Assembly (NCBI GenBank): GCA_964247055.1
Contig: OZ176050.1
Location: 5,146,001-5,210,000 of the forward strand
Source of the DNA: Paragordius varius
Taxonomy: Eukaryota > Animalia > Nematomorpha
Length of the DNA: 64,000 bases
Direction: 5' to 3'
Shown: piece by piece, positions 12,401 to 26,742 of the stretch
How positions within the stretch are numbered: position 1 is the stretch's first letter
Layout: each line of letters starts with the position of its first letter
Translations under genes and position numbers: made by a program
The notes under the pieces: generated by a model
Seen by the model: the letters and a program-made list of their open reading frames with translations, nothing else
Told to the model about the DNA's origin: nothing
The model's database searches: none

Positions 12401-15400
12401 AATTAGATGTATACTATGTCCTGATATACGCTATCCTGCAGCTTTTAAGGGCGTTTCATTCCCAACTTCCTATTCAAATCTAAATTGTTCTTCAATGGCA
12501 AAAAATGGCTCTCAAGAATTATCCATTAATCAAGCACACATTCAAAAATTAATGTCTGTTTTACAAAAACAAAAATCTATAACTTTGAATTCCCTATTGC
12601 GAAAGAGAGGGAGAAACAATGATAAAAATGCTAAAACTGAAACTTTTTTAACCCATAAAAAGCATGGCAAAAGATTGGGAAACAATCAACAAAAAGGTAA
12701 AATTATGATTGACGATTTTCGATGGTTATTATATTAATAAAATTTGAATGAATGATATGTTTCACTTATGTGCAATAGTTTAAAAAATTCTTTCCTTTTT
12801 ATTTTTGCGCTTAAGTTTTATTTTTTGCCTGAAGTTTTGGGTGTTTCCTAATTACCACCAATTATTATTTAAAATAATAATTTATTTTATATTATAGACA
12901 CTTCCATTTCTTTTGACAATTTATGGGCACATATAGTTTGCGCGCTATGGATCCCTGAAGTATCTTTTGGTAATTATATTTCCTATTCAATTATGTATCA
13001 AATACAAGTATTTAACTTTTTATCCGTTTCTGGGATCAAACGGTTCCAGTCTTGGTCTGCATATATTTTAAACGGTGTTAATAATAATTTAGATTACCAG
13101 TTTTAAAACAATTTTTATTAAACAAATTACGAATTTTAGCCTTAATCCAAGGTTAAGATTTCTTATTAAATTAAAATTAAAAATAATAACTCTACGCATC
13201 TTAACAATATCTTCAAATGCGTACAAAGGATTAGATTTATACTTACGCCCTAAAATTATTTTTCTTAATATTTTTAAAATGATGCGTAAAGATTATAAAA
13301 TCATATCTATAATAACTGTACAAAAGTTGCTTTAACATTTTTCTTACATTCATAGGAAACACCGTTTTTCTCGAACCTATCGATAATATTGACCGTATCC
13401 CATGGGCCCGATGGAGGTTAACATGTTACATTTGTGGGATGCGGAATGCAGGTGCCTGTATACAATGCGCTCGTCATAACTGTTATACAGCTTTCCATGT
13501 AACGTGTGCTCAATTAGCTGGATTATACATGGTCCTTGATTTACCTAAAACCACTTCTCCCTTTTATCATCAGCCATATAATAAGACAAATAGTAGCATT
13601 ACATCAAAAAGTAGTGAATTGAATATTGGCGAAAATTGTACCAAAATCATTAATGAGAATGCGTTAAAAAATGACAACGATGATACGGTTATAACTTTTT
13701 CTCCACATAAAAAACGACAACATCCGAAAATGGATGTAACAAACTCTCCGGATAAACACACCGTAACTTTTCTAAATATACCATTTACCATTTAAATTCA
13801 CCCTTAAACAATTCGAAATCACCCTAAAATAAAATATATGTTTTTAAAGATTAAAAATTACCTGTAGTTTTATATATTTTTAAAAAATAAAAATTTTGTT
13901 TTAAAATTAAAATAATACTGAAAAAATAATAAACTATGCTATAAAGATGTATTTCATTCAATAATGAGTTATATTAGTTCGAAAACACATAATTTATTTT
14001 TAGGGTGAATTTGAATTGTTCAAGGGTGAATTTGAATTGTTCAAGGGATTTGAACTGTAAATTGTATATAACCCTAAAGATATTATCGCTTTTTTTACAT
14101 CAATAACAATTTTATTTTTGTAAAATTATCAAAATTTGATACTGTTATCTAAATTGATTTTGATTAGCCAGATAAATAAGTGAATAAATCCCTTTTCTCT
14201 TAAGTATTGAGATACATAATATATTATGCATCCCGTTTTAATTCCTAATTAGACTAATTTAAACCTTACACAATCACCAATCAAAGCATTGACGTCAGAG
14301 ATGATTAATACCCCAATCTCGTCGTCAAATAACTCATCATTAGTTACTTACAACAACCAGAGGAAAAATACAGATTCGAAACATAAAACTCGTCGTATAA
14401 CGTTTGAAACTATTTCAACCAGTGTTGGACTTTCACCTGATAAATTAAATCCTAATAATTATCATCATGCCACTTCAATATACAATAGTACTCCCTTGAA
14501 AATATCAATTCCAAACACTTATCACAATGATGAAAAAACGTGCCACGAAATAACGACCAAAAAGACACCTAATTGTAGTTTGAATTCTCATTCGACTGGA
14601 CCCCTGTCTCCAGGGGCTGTTAAGAAATTAGCTTATTGCCATCTCCATACTCCGACCAATTTAACAGATGAAGATTGGTCTAAATCCTGGTCTATTCGAA
14701 AAACAGCCAAATCATTCACTCTGCCTGTAACTGATCCATATTTTTCTTCGCGACATAAAACGACCAAATCTAATTTGATGCAGAGAAAACCAGGGGATAT
14801 TGCGTAACTGAAAATTTTATTTCCATTTTTTATGGAATTTTTTTAATTTAATAAGTATTTTAAAATTCGGCTTGCTACAAATATGTAATAGTTATTCAAA
14901 CTTTGACAACCATACAAATTTTATAAAAACTAAAATTCACATACATAACTCTCTACTATCAACCCAAATTTTTCATCTATTCAATAAACTTAAAAATATA
15001 TTTATTTTTTTCAGTGAGAATACTGTCCTATCTTCAAACAAACAATATCACGAAGCAAAAGGGCAAGATGATTTAGTATCCGTAAAATCATTCGCTGCCT
15101 TAAATGTTTCGCAATTGGTGGAACGTGCCCGTCAAATAATTAATAATCAAACCGCTCATATCTACAAGCCTCCACCTGTCGAAATTCCTGACATTCCTTT
15201 AAACGAGTTATTTCAAAGATATTATTTAAATTATTGTATAATAGAGTCTAATTTTAATTTAATTTAAATATATACTTTTTACAAATAATTTTTATTTTAG
15301 TATTGTCCAAGTTTTGATTATAAATTTTGTAGCTTTAATTTTTATTTTGCAAAATTATTTACTATATTTTTTTAATGTTTTGGACTGTGACTAATAATCG

Positions 15401-18400
15401 ATTGACAGCTATAAATGCGGTTACTTATGGTCAAAAGCTGTCATCATTGTGTCAAATTTAAAATGTACGTTGAAACGTCAAACAAAATCAAATTAACGGT
15501 TTATAAATGCATTCAATAGTTTTGAAAATATATTACAACGATTCTGCAAATTTTTAATTCATTTTTTACATTAATTTTAATCACATATTAAACGCTTCAT
15601 TTAATATTTTTGAAATGTTCATTTTTATATAAGCAGTACCGGTTATTATTTACATTCATGAATGGTTAGCTCGACTTAACTGTGATGAATTCAAAAGGCA
15701 TATTATACCTAACTTTGAGATTAAAGAATTTATGATTATAGATTTGCATACTCGATGGTTTATAGTCCAAACTCATATTTTCTATAAAATGTAATAATTG
15801 ACAATACAAATTCTCATATATGACATATTCCTTTTATATATTTTTAGAAAAGAAAAACTTATCCTATGTGACTGGAATGTAAATGCCAAAATGTATGCGG
15901 ATAAAATTATACCATCTTCCACGGCTTTAGACCCCAGTCAACTTGAATTATCTCAAAAAGTAGATCTAGTCAATACCATTATACGTTATTGGAAACTTAA
16001 ACGTATGTCTCGTAATGGGTTTTCACTTCTCAAAATATTTGACCATCAAAATCCGAATTCTAACGCCGCAAACAACGATTTAGATGAAAATCCCATATTT
16101 AATCAGGTTGCTCTTTTGTGATTTTAATAAAATATTTTTTGGCAAAAATGGTATATTATTTGACTAATTCTATAATTGTTTTATTAAAGTTAAATCAATG
16201 GATTACGGAAGAAAATGGAAAGATTGCAGATTATATTACACGCACTTATCAGCAACGTGATATTGAATTGGTAACAAAGTTATTAGCATCGCCTAAACCC
16301 TCTTTCTCTCACATGCAAGAAATGAATTTAAGCAAGCAAAATCATATCAAAAATGAATCCACAAAACACAGAACAAAAAATGATAATCAACTACCAAAAT
16401 GTACTAAAACTAAACAACATCAACAACCAAATTTAACCATGTGGCAATCAATGTTATCTAGCCTATATAAATTAAGGCAAGATTTGGAAAAACTGCGCCT
16501 TTTGGTTGAACTCATACGGAAACGAGAAAAGCTTAAAAAAGAATTGGTAAAAAATTTGGATTACTTACGCAAGTTTTATATATTCGTACCGATATATTTC
16601 AGTTAACTTAATTTTTTGATTTAAAACAGATCCAGACTAAATGGTTTTTGTTTTTGAAAAAAAATTAGCTAAAAATCGGTTTACGATTCATTGTTTTTAA
16701 ACAATTAACCACAAAACATAAACAGATAAGCTTCAAAAAATTATAAATTCTTTTATTTGGAAAAAATATAATCTAAATAATATAAAAAATGTAAATTAGG
16801 TCAACATTTTAATAAAAATTGGGGAAAAGGAATATTTTTCACCGTGGATTTGGATATCTAAAATTATTTCACATATTGTTTTTTGGCTCCTAAACGGTTT
16901 TTAATAAAATTAATGGTTCCGGTTCTGCAGAAATAGTTTTGTTCTGTTACCTGTTATCATATGTTATTTGGAAACAATAAATAATAATTAATTATTTTAG
17001 CTTCAAATAGATTTCATGATCACCAAACAACAAGTAAGATATTTGGCATTATGTTTGGAGAGGTTGTTGGTACACTTGGAGCTTTTGGATTCGCTAAAAA
17101 TCTTTCACCAACCTGTGGACACAAAATTGGTATAGTATTTAATTTGTTTTTTTTAACTATGAAATTTAACCATTGTTTTTGGTTTTTAGATTCCTCAATA
17201 CCTGGATATTATCAAATCACCCATGGATTTTTCCACAATGCGTCGCAAAATAGAAAACCATGATTATACCGATTTATCTCAATTTTCTCAAGATTTTGAT
17301 CTCATGATTGCCAACTGTAAACTGTTTAATCCAATGGATACTATTTTTTATAAAGTGGCAGTAAAGCTTCAAACCCAGGTATAATTTTATTTCATAGCTC
17401 AAAATTTCGTCAACCTAATTTTATACTAAAAATCTTCGTTTAAATTATATTAGTCACAACCGTTATTTCAACAAGCGGAAATTTATTTATCATCTTACAA
17501 TGATACTAATCAGACATCTAATCCACCTCCTATTGATACAAGTGGTACCATAAAAGAAACGCCAACAAAACGCCTTAGAAAACGTCACATTAATAAAACT
17601 GAAACAATTAACTCTGATCTCAATTGTGTAAGCCCAAACAATAAATTATTAATTGATGAAAATGTAACAAAAGCTCAAGATGTAGTCGAAAACGACACAT
17701 TAATAGTTAATAATACCGATGATGATAATATTAAGGATATGCCAACGCTTAAAACACTTCACACTTTTACGGATCGATCTCCAGTATTTGAGGGTAGTGC
17801 TCTTTATTCCCAAAATCGCTCAAAACGTGTCATTACCCGTAATAGTTTTGATAAAACTAACACAACGAATTTCAAAACTGTAATTAATCCTTTTTCGCTA
17901 CCCAAACTCAATCCAATACCAAAAAAATCACCTCATATAATTAAAAGTCAGGGACCAATTGATAAATATCTTATCGTCAAACCAAAATCATTGAATTTTA
18001 TTGATTCTAATCAATCTATCGAACAACATTATTCACCAAATCTTGATACGATAAACAAGGGTTATAGCGATGTTCAAGTAAATAAACGACGCACAAAAGT
18101 CCACAAAGTTTCCACTTATCGCACTAATGCAGGCCTACGACATATTAAACAAATGACAGGTAAAATTAATTTTACTAGTTAATTGTATTAAATTCCTTAG
18201 TTTTACTCAACATATATCTACGATATTTTCATGTAAACATATGTAACATTTTAAAGTTTTTAAGCGAAATATAGATTTTTCCCAAATGTCATTTATAATC
18301 TGTTATCCTTCATTATTATTCCCTTTTTGTTGTATTGAAATAACCAACAGTTTGTCAACAAGAATGATTTCTAATAAACATATATATTTTTCTCTACCGA

Positions 18401-19955
18401 TTATTTCTTAGTTTTTTATATATATTACGTTGTATAATTTTTTAAAATATTTTAAAATCCATAGAAAAATTGCTTCAAACACAATCTGAAATAATGGAAT
18501 TGAAAAGACGAATCAATGCACATACAATCGAAAAACAAAACAAAGGTAATACAAATCAATGTATAAATATTAACTTTCAACAAAAAGTCTAATATGATCT
18601 ATTCATTCTAATCATATTACTTATATGAATTTAATTGAAGTCCATATTAAATCATTTAATAGATTTATACGTGCTAAAAGATCTCAGAAAACAATTAACA
18701 TTCAAGGAGGATTTACTTGTATCTACAAAGCATAAACTTATAAATGCCAAGAAACATCAAACTCGAAGTAATGGATAGTATTTATTGAATTATTTTTATT
18801 TTTGAATTCATTTTATATTTACAGCCATATATTGAACCACAAAAAATATATGTTACTTATAAAACAAAATTCAATTTATACCAATAACGGCCGCAGTTCC
18901 AATATTACAAAAGGGTTTAAAAAAGCTAATAGTTTAATTTTAATTACTGTTAATTATGTTTGGTTGATACCCTTTAAATTTATTTTACTTTTTTAATCAT
19001 AAAAACTTTATTTATTTTTTATTATTTTATGCGTAAAGATATAATTTAAAAACAAACGCTAATATTGGATTATTTTTAGATCAAATAAATGATGAAGACG
19101 AAATTAAACACAATACAATTAATCATAACAACTATACTGAACGGCCCTCAATTTTAGTCACCTTTGATTTGGATAAATTGTTACGAATTCCAATTAATCC
19201 ATCTTTAAATGGCCATAATCATGAAGATAACTCTTCCATATTTTTTAAATCTAAGAAAATTACAAAAATAAATAAATCAAACCAAAATCATATCAAACAA
19301 AATGGTTTTATAAATGATTCAAATTATTTCACGCAAAATCAAATTTACTCAAAAGATAATCCCTCATACTCCTCGTATAATGATATATATTCTGCCAAAC
19401 AGGAACATATAAAAAGTTTGTATTATTATATTTTAAAAATGTAATTTACAATTTTTCTTATTTCAATAATAATTTTTAAATTTTTGTTGTTTTTTTAATC
19501 AAATATATCAAGCATATTTTATTTTTACATTTATTTTTTATAATTTATATTATTGATGTACATATACACTTAAATTTCATTAGGGAAAAATTTAAATTTA
19601 GATATAAGTGGCGCTGATCACACGCAATTAAATGGGCACATCTTTTTTAATGAGGTAAATATTATTATGTACTATTCTTATATATTATATTAATTTGATG
19701 CTAATTAGGTAATTAACTATTAATGATGTTTTTATTTTGAGGAAGCATTCATTATGCTTAGTTAAAAAGATAAAATATATTTTTCAATAACCTAATTACT
19801 GATAAAAAATTACTAAAATCGTACATTATTTTGGTAATAGATATATATAATATAGTTATATCAACATTTTAATTGTTTAGGACTCATCCAGTGATTCTGA
19901 GGATGAACAACCTTTAATTTATCTGAAATCATCGACCGATATCACAAACTCATAA
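9402..19955 (+). CDS. BRPF1: BRPF/peregrin-family scaffold of MOZ/MORF/HBO1 acetyltransferase complexes (EPC-I, PHD-Zn knuckle-PHD, EPC-II, bromodomain), multi-exon
   Basis: Confident exons: 9402-9828 ([22 protein letters not shown]), 9916-10065 (PHD1 [31 protein letters not shown]), 11304- (QWLCRLC), 12281-12696 (CILCP..AAFK), 12898-12969 ([13 protein letters not shown]), 13356- ([18 protein letters not shown]), 15848-16107 ([11 protein letters not shown]), 16190-~16546 ([22 protein letters not shown]), 17001-17129 and 17190-17378 (bromodomain [18 protein letters not shown]), last exon 19881-19955. The start codon and several low-complexity exon boundaries are uncertain. Confidence 0.9.
11093..11257. 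mobile_element. Small (~165 bp) hairpin MITE; second copy ~52163-52315
   Basis: Inverted ends cattttaa(t/c)g(a/g)ttgcttatttcac ... gtgaaataa(a/g)caaccattaaaatg in both copies. Confidence 0.65.
13777..14070. mobile_element. MITE family C (TATACCATTTAC termini, subterminal aaattcaccct repeats)
   Basis: Related copies at about 29106-29398, 35657-36140, 57034-57345, 60903-61199; ends TATACCATTTAC / GTAAATGGTATA suggest a TA target site. Confidence 0.7.
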
Positions 19956-20902
19956 TTTCTACAAATATTTATTTATCAAATATTATATGTTACATGATTG
20001 ACTTGCGTCTGTTGATATACCAAAACGTAAATATATTAGACCTAGTAAATGTATCTTCCAAATAAATAACATAAATTCAAATTTAACTATTTAATCCCAC
20101 TTTTATAAAATATATTTTTTATCTATTGGTTTTTATGAATAATTAAAACTTTACGTCAAGTATAAGTTTAATCGGAAAGTAGTTATTATATTATATCATG
20201 CGACGAATTAAGGAGATTGATCGCGAAAATCGATAATCATTCTATGTAATCATAAGATAATTTAATTTCGTTTGAAAAATTCAAATTGCATTAAAAAAAT
20301 TTATTTTACCATGTTTAATAAAGAATTTAAGTTAAATAAATTTTTCTGGAAGTAATAATTATCATGAAAAATATTCTTAACAAAATGAAGCTTTTTATCT
20401 GTTAGGATTGGTGAAATATATTTGATTTGAATTAAAAACATCTTGAATAACAAATGAAAACCGTATTTAAAAAATTTATTCATCTCTTAAAATATATATT
20501 AATTGACTATAGTTGTTTAAATAATCTGATTGCATAGAATGGGATTAATTGTTTTAAACATTTAAACGCTGAAATAAGATGTATCCACATACATTACTGT
20601 CATATAAAAAAGTAATTATATTCAATCATACAATATAATAAATAATGTTTTAGACATAAGGTAGGAAGTAGATAAAAAGATTCATATAACCACCTAATAT
20701 ACAATGTATACGGATGGAAATGTAATTAGGCTCAAAATAATAAACATAATCCATATGAGAAGAATGGACTAGCGTTAAAGAATTTTTTAATCGTTAAATA
20801 TTAAAATTGTGAGCACACAATTTTCCCTGATATAAACGTGATAAGTGTGTTAACAATTTTGAGAATAAAGATTCAAAATATAATGATAATTGGTTGGTAT
20901 AT

Positions 20903-23900
20903 TCATAATTCCTTCTTTTCTCCATGCGATTTTTGATTGTCAGAAATACTAGCAATTAAATTATTGGTAACATGATGTTCACTTCCTTTAGTTGGTGTTG
21001 GGCTTTGTGGTTGATGAACTTTATCATTATTGGTACTGATGGTACCATGTTTATCTCTTAATTCAACCATTTGCATGTAATACCTAACAAAATTTATATG
21101 TTATCATGACTCATAACGATATCCAATCAAACATTATTTAATAAGCAATGTAAAATCTATAATTCCGTTATCTCACATTAAACAATGCGATATTTTAATT
21201 TAGGGGATTAATGTAATCAATGGTATTCTTATAAGATCCTAATTCCAAGATAATTATAATTAAATCTGGTTTTAGATATTCACCCCTATTGCATTTGCAA
21301 AAATCTGTGTATAAATAATAAATTATGTGTTAGTATAAATTTAAATTGGTAATAAATTTGGCTAAGATATAATAATTTAACTAAGATTAAATTTGTTACA
21401 TACCAAATTAAATGTAAAGATTAGTTAATTATAAACGAATTTCTGCATCCTAGTCAAATACATTACCATCTGTTGATGTCTAAAACTAATTAAAAAGAAT
21501 TTATATATTTCATACCGGTCACAACGATCTAGCCATGCTTGGTAAAGAGTATTGCTAAGAGCTTCATCGTGTTTATCCGCAATTTTTAATTGATCAAACT
21601 CATGTGCAGTCCTTTCGGATATTTTATCTGGGCTTTTGTGATCCTCGCTTGACAAGGAGGAAGAATCGGATATATGATGAGACGTTGGAGATGTCCCACC
21701 TGAGTGATGTACGCTATCCTAATATATATAATATATATCAATCAAAATATTTCAATTAGTTTTGCCTATATTTAGAGTTAATGATAAAATGTTAAAAAAT
21801 ATGCTCCGTCATAATCTTACCTCAACTAATAAAAAATCGATCCTCAGCCTTGTAATAATTTTTTCATCCATTAAAAAATAAGAAAAAAAAATTTATTGTC
21901 ATCCTTAAAATATTATAACGCAAATCCAATTTATTTTAATAACCTTTATTGATTGAACTGCACTTTTTATAAAATTCATAGCGTCATGATGGGCGTGAGG
22001 TGCAGTTTTCATTTGATTTATATGTTCAGATTCATTAGTTACCACCTATATAAATCAATTATTTATATCGAACATAATAAATTATAAAGAAACTAGAGTT
22101 GTATCAAAGTTAATTTTCTTATTGAAATTATTTACATATGTTCTAACTAAAAAACTGATGCCTTAAAATCTAAGTGAGCGCCATACGGCCAATATAGGAG
22201 ATTAGAAACAAATAGAAAAAACGGTCGTTCACGCTTTTAAAGAGCTGGATAAAACTTAAATGTATTCATAAAAACTTTTATAGAGAGCTTAGTAATATGT
22301 TATGACCATGATGAACCTGGTTAGGTGTTGGAAGATATGCTAATAAGATTTATTATCAACATTAAATTTACAAGTATATCAAACTATCCACACATTTGTC
22401 ATACAATAAACTCAAAACCTTTTAACGTAACCATGAATATTAACGTTAATTGTTAATAAAAATTGCTCTTATTCATAAATTATGGGAAAACAATAAATCA
22501 AACAATAAAACTAAAAAAAGATTTAAAAATATCAAAATATACCTCATGATGTTGTGAGTGGCTTACATCGTGATGAATAGTATGTTCAGTAGAGGTGACA
22601 GGAGTCGAAGTTGGAGAGGGATGTAAAAATACAATCAAGATGGCGGTCATATTATCCAAACCACACGCATTGAGTGGACTGTGAGAATCTGGTGCAAGAC
22701 ATTTCACAAATATTTGTTCGCAAATCTATATTTGTTTAATGAAAAAGGCGAATTTTTTATTGAAAATAACTAGATTATTATCTTTTGCTTTTAAAGCGCA
22801 TGGTTAGTTGTTTTTTTACATACTAAAAATATAAATTAATTATAATGCAACTTTGTTAAATAGTTCGTCACCTCTTTAAAGAATAAGTTTAACTTAAATA
22901 TTGGAAACTAAAAATCATACCTACGGCATATATATTTATTAATGACTACTTTAAATTTTTTACATAATATTATTAATTTAAACAAAAGAAATTGAATTTA
23001 AACCTTTAATTAAAAAATAACCAGACTTTCTCAAAATTTAAATTTTATATAAAAACAAGTTTTCTTTCTTTAAAATGGTTAACAAATAAATCATGTGGCG
23101 TTTGTAAAAACTTTTAGTCAAAAAAATATGTTAAAAAAGCATATAATTTATTTTTGATATGCAAATATAATAAAATTTAGTAATTACTTGTTCCGGAGAA
23201 TGGCGATTTAAATGGACTTGAGAAATGACAAAATCGACCGCTTCTTGATTGTTCATTACATCCCAAACACCATCGGATGCTATCAAGATAAAATCTGTGT
23301 CCTCTGTTATGGGTACAATTTTCACTTCGGGTTCAGCTATATAATATATTATATTATATTATAACATTTAATATAGGTGTGCTAAATTACGGACAGAAAT
23401 TAAAAGATTATAGATTGAACACATAACTGAAAACACAAAGTGATATTTTGTCAATAGTTATCGCAAGTTAATTCATAATTAGCAGCACCACTCATCAGTA
23501 TGAGACAATTATTTGATTTGGGGTATTACATATAACTTTTGTTATGTATCTTAGTTTGCAATATAGGTGTAATTTAGTCGGTTATACGAAATTAAATTAA
23601 ATTTAATCACATTTACATGAAATTTAGCTTTAAACATAAAAACTAGTTTTACCCTAGATTTCGACATATACATAACACTTTATACCGCAAATTTTAAATT
23701 TTAAACTATTAATATGTATTTCATCTTATAAATTATATTAAGCTAAAGCGACACCCCAAAGTAAAATATAATGTCACGTTTGTTAAGCTAATTTAATATT
23801 ATTAAATCTTTCTACTATATCGCTAATTCAAAAAAATATGATCTATTATTTGTAAATATCAGACTCTAAAATCGGGGGCAATAATTTTTTACTCATGAAC

Positions 23901-26742
23901 CAACATATCATGATAAAAAAATATATTTTATAAAGCTAATAACGAAACTATAAATCGATATTTATCATATAATAAAATAAGATAATTATTTTTTATGGAA
24001 GTAACTCATATTTATTTTATTCAATATTCATGCGCAAAATTACGAAGTTTAGATGTATTTATTATTTGAGAACCTGGTCAATTCCAATACAGATAAATAT
24101 TAATATAAATGACAAACTTATAAATTATTGAAAATAACACATAAATCTAAATTTAATTCAATTCAATATGCTTTTTATATATGAAACGTATCACATTTAT
24201 CAAAATTAAATAAAATATACATTAAAATTAAGAGTAAATTAAGAAACATATTTTTTTACAACCAAAAATTTAAAAATTTAACACCAATGTAATAGAAAAA
24301 TAATTATAATTTTACGTGAGATGCTTTGCTTTTCGGGTGGAAGATCCATATTGTTTTTAAAAGAATAATCTCCAAGTGCGCGGGACATGGCAAGTATACC
24401 TTAAGTATTTTATAATGTATATTTATTTATTTAATGCGATAAAAAATAAAATTTATCATATTTTAATATCTTACAGTGTCTAAAAGGGTGCGTTAATAAT
24501 ACCTAACTAATGCCTAACAAACTGTTAATTTATGGACGCTCTCAAATATTAAAAGAAATTTTAGTTTTCAAAGACCAAAATAAAATTTATAATTATTTGG
24601 TAATTATGAGGAGGGCTACCGTAATCTATAATAAATTTTACTATTAAAATTATCCTAGACACAATGAAGAAGTTTTCAACAAATAAATAACTTGGGCTTA
24701 ATAAAAAAGCATACCAATTCATAAATTATACAAACACACAACCTTTGCCATTATCTTTAAACATTATGATTATCCAAAATAAAAAAATATATTATAATTA
24801 AAAAAATTTAACCATATTTTTCCAATTATATCAATTACATTAAAGATGGGTGCACTTATAAAGTACTATAATCATTTAAAATAAACAAAAAAAGTTTTTA
24901 TTATTAATGATTTGGTCAAAAAATTAATAAAACAAATATTCTTAATTAATCGGAATTTTGTATATTCAGCAATATTATAAGATTTCAATCAATACGATAA
25001 TAAGCTTAAAGAGTATCAATATTCTTAAGTTTACTCATTTACCAAAGGAGTATTTTAAAATTTTAATACATATAATATTCATGAACATGATTTGTTAAAT
25101 AAGTCATCAAATGCATATTGCTAATTAAATTAAATAAAATTATTTACCATTGACCCTGTCGAAAGAAACAAAACCACCCGAGGCCTCAACACGGGCCAAT
25201 TCGTCAGGAAGCGAAGGTTTATGATCCCTGCTAAGGAGTGTCACTCGCCCATTAATTGATACGATAGCACGGGAGTCACCTACGTTACCCTGAAAATTTA
25301 TGTACAACAATTACAAAAATATTCGCAATAATGTGGGCTCCACCTTATGATGAGCACGAGCATTTATAAATAAACAGCGGTGATAATTAGCTTTTATGCA
25401 CTTTTTCGATTTTTGACCCAAAACGCTCTACACATTTTAAAGTGTAATCGTCCAAAGTTAAGAACACCATCCCAAACAATATAAAACCCTTAAAATGAGT
25501 CAAAAATTATCTAAAAAAATTTGCATTTTTATTTATTTTTTCGAAAAATATGAGAATAGTAAATGTTATATACTATATAAAAATAATATTAATTGTATTT
25601 GTGGGTCCATTGAGTTTACATTTTCGAGGTTAAAAAACGTTTTAATCAGACAATAAATAAAAATTGTATTTAGGTTGACTGAATACGTTTTTTAGAAAAA
25701 ACAATATAAATTATTATAAGGGTGGTTAAGGCATCGAACTTCGTAAGCATATCTTAGTTCAAATACTGAAATCGCACGACTTTCATAATAAATGACAGCA
25801 GGTGCGTATTAAAGCTCAAAGGTTTAATCATAATTTGGGTTCACATCCGTTAAAAGGACAATAATACTATAACTCATCAATCATTTTTATATTTCATAAT
25901 TTATTCACACATAATATTCTTCGATTCCAACCCTAGTTCCTGATAAAAACCCGATTTTAATAAAAATTATTTCTAGTTTTTTAAGCGAAATTATTTTTCA
26001 AATGTTTTAAGAAAAACCAATGCACACTAATCGGTTTAATTCTATGTCCTCTTCCGGTCCTGGTTTTACTTTTGTCGGCCAGGTGCCATCTAATTTATTT
26101 TTAACGACATATGGCACAAATATCAAGTTAAAAACTAGATAATAATAGGCAGGTAATAATTATATATAAAATTATATTATATTATATATTTTTATATAAC
26201 AAAAAAGTTATACAAACTTAATTAGAATATTATTTAAAAAATATTTTTAACTTACACATATAATTTTGTTATCCTTAATAAGTACAGTTATGGCCGTTGT
26301 TCCAGATTTATCATCAAATAGATTTCCATCTAGATAAATTCTTAAATATTTATACCTTTGCGCATTATATCATCCAATTCCAAATATGCTTCTTTGATAC
26401 ATTTTTCATAATCATTTAATTCTAAATTTTTATAAACTAATACCATAATTTGGATTTTTAATTATGTGCTCTATCAAATGCTTTGATGCATATTCTGCAA
26501 TTTTAGGACCTAGCATATAAAACAATAACACCTCCATGTCCATCAAAAACCGCAAAAAAAGATGCATTTCCTGGAATGTCCAATTTACAAGTTCTAAAAT
26601 CTTCCATATCTTAATAATTTATAGAAAAGCTTAAAATACTCATACGCCAACCCTGCATTGACGATGCACCCACCATTAGTTTGTCGTTTTCTTGAAGAGT
26701 GGTTTCTTTTTCCACAACTGGTTCGGAAGCATATTGACCCAT
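20903..26742 (-). CDS. PP2C (PPM-family) Ser/Thr phosphatase, Ptc2/Ptc3- and C. elegans T23F11.1-like, 476 aa, 12 exons
   Basis: Exons 26742-26640, 26609-26532, 26509-26444, 26421-26356, 26329-26256, 25289-25148, 24399-24316, 23336-23188, 22725-22543, 22045-21944, 21718-21516, 21083-20903 sum to 1431 nt in frame. Motifs: [63 protein letters not shown]. Confidence 0.95.

Noticed and set aside
15634-15757. Open stretch [19 protein letters not shown]... as a BRPF exon
   Set aside because: Splicing it to 15848 creates TGA; joining 15206 directly to 15848 keeps the frame.
26341-26355. A 15-nt intron in PP2C (GTATAAATATTTAAG)
   Set aside because: It leads to an in-frame TAG; the 26-nt intron ending at 26330 restores homology.
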